Part shown: positions 63,390 to 64,000 of the stretch, piece by piece
How the letters are laid out: every line of letters begins with the position of its first letter
Position numbering within the stretch: position 1 is the first letter of the stretch
NCBI GenBank assembly: GCA_039621445.1
Contig: CP154954.1
Coordinates: 30,632,395-30,696,394, forward strand
Direction: 5' to 3'
DNA: 64,000 bases
Origin: Euglena gracilis
Taxonomy: Eukaryota
Position numbers and translations under genes: made by a program
The notes under the pieces: model-generated
Told to the model about the DNA's origin: nothing
The model's input: the letters and a program-made list of their open reading frames with translations, nothing else
The model's database searches: none

Positions 63390-64000
63390 CCCAGGCACAG
63401 GTACCGCACCACCCCCTCCGGGATGCGGTAGGCTTCCGCCCTCGTGCACCTGCGCTCGCCGCCACTGCCTCCCAGCTGCAGCCGATGTCGTCGTACGCCG
63501 TCTGGTCCTTCCACCATGCTGCCGCACTTTCCACCACAGATGACGTCGTCCAGCTCCTTCGCCATCGCGTTGCTGACCCAGAAGCGGGTCGGCTTGCGAT
63601 ACCCGTACTCCGCGAAGCGGCAGTAGTCCACATCCACGTACCGCACTCCGCGCAGGACTCGTCGCCACCGCAGCAAGCCGAACCTCGGGTTTTCAATCCA
63701 CCACCGCGTAGGCGCCAAGTACTGCACCAGCTCCCTCGTGGCCTTCACCACCGCGTCCGCCATGCGGAGCCTCCTCTTGCGGGTGGTGAGGGCTGTGGAG
63801 TACTCTTTACAGGGCGGGGACGCCGCGATGACCTCGAAGTGGCCAGGAGCGTACTGCTCCCAGTACCTCCACTTCCTCACGTCGGCCACGATGTCCGGCT
63901 TCCTCTTCTCATCCCAGTCCACGCTGATCACCTTGAAGCCCATCTTCTTCAGCGCTCTTCTCACACTTCCCGTTCCGGAGAACAGGTCCAGCGCCCATCT
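63390..64000 (-). CDS. DNA cytosine-C5 methyltransferase domain of D (open frame, fused to protease)
   Basis: WALDLFSGTGS, ASPPCKEYS, IENPR, YRKPTRFW; in frame with LIDTAAQ. Confidence 0.9.

Larger units (their letters stand above)
59780..64000 (-). mobile_element. Gypsy element D (related to A): C5-MTase-PR-RT(partial)-INT-chromo
   Basis: Protein similarity to A pol; runs off the window end. Confidence 0.92.

Overview
The whole 64 kb is a eukaryotic nest of decayed retrotransposons; no host gene is recognisable. Ty3/Gypsy LTR elements: A (+, 1-1773 and 14822-20380), B (-, 1774-14821, full length with 1097-bp LTRs, PBS, PPT and a 4-bp TSD, nested in A), C (41759-50530), D (-, ~59780 to the window end), plus older relics J and L. 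Tyrosine-recombinase (DIRS-like) elements: at least six pieces with RT/RNaseH, an N6-adenine methyltransferase (MTase) and YR. All four Gypsy pol genes whose 5' part is visible encode a DNA cytosine-C5 MTase between gag and the protease, and B and D also end in a chromodomain. Element C carries a Dam-like N6-adenine MTase directly behind the C5 MTase, making it an apparent dual-methyltransferase LTR retrotransposon. In A and B, gag and MTase-pol are separated by one in-frame stop followed by a hairpin, which suggests readthrough. Other oddities are a 178-bp integrase segment relocated within B, a 5'-inverted LTR-less insertion of C with a ~20-bp flanking duplication, and a tRNA-like 300-bp repeat pair. 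All calls rest on motif recognition by eye; no searches were run and most domain boundaries are approximate.
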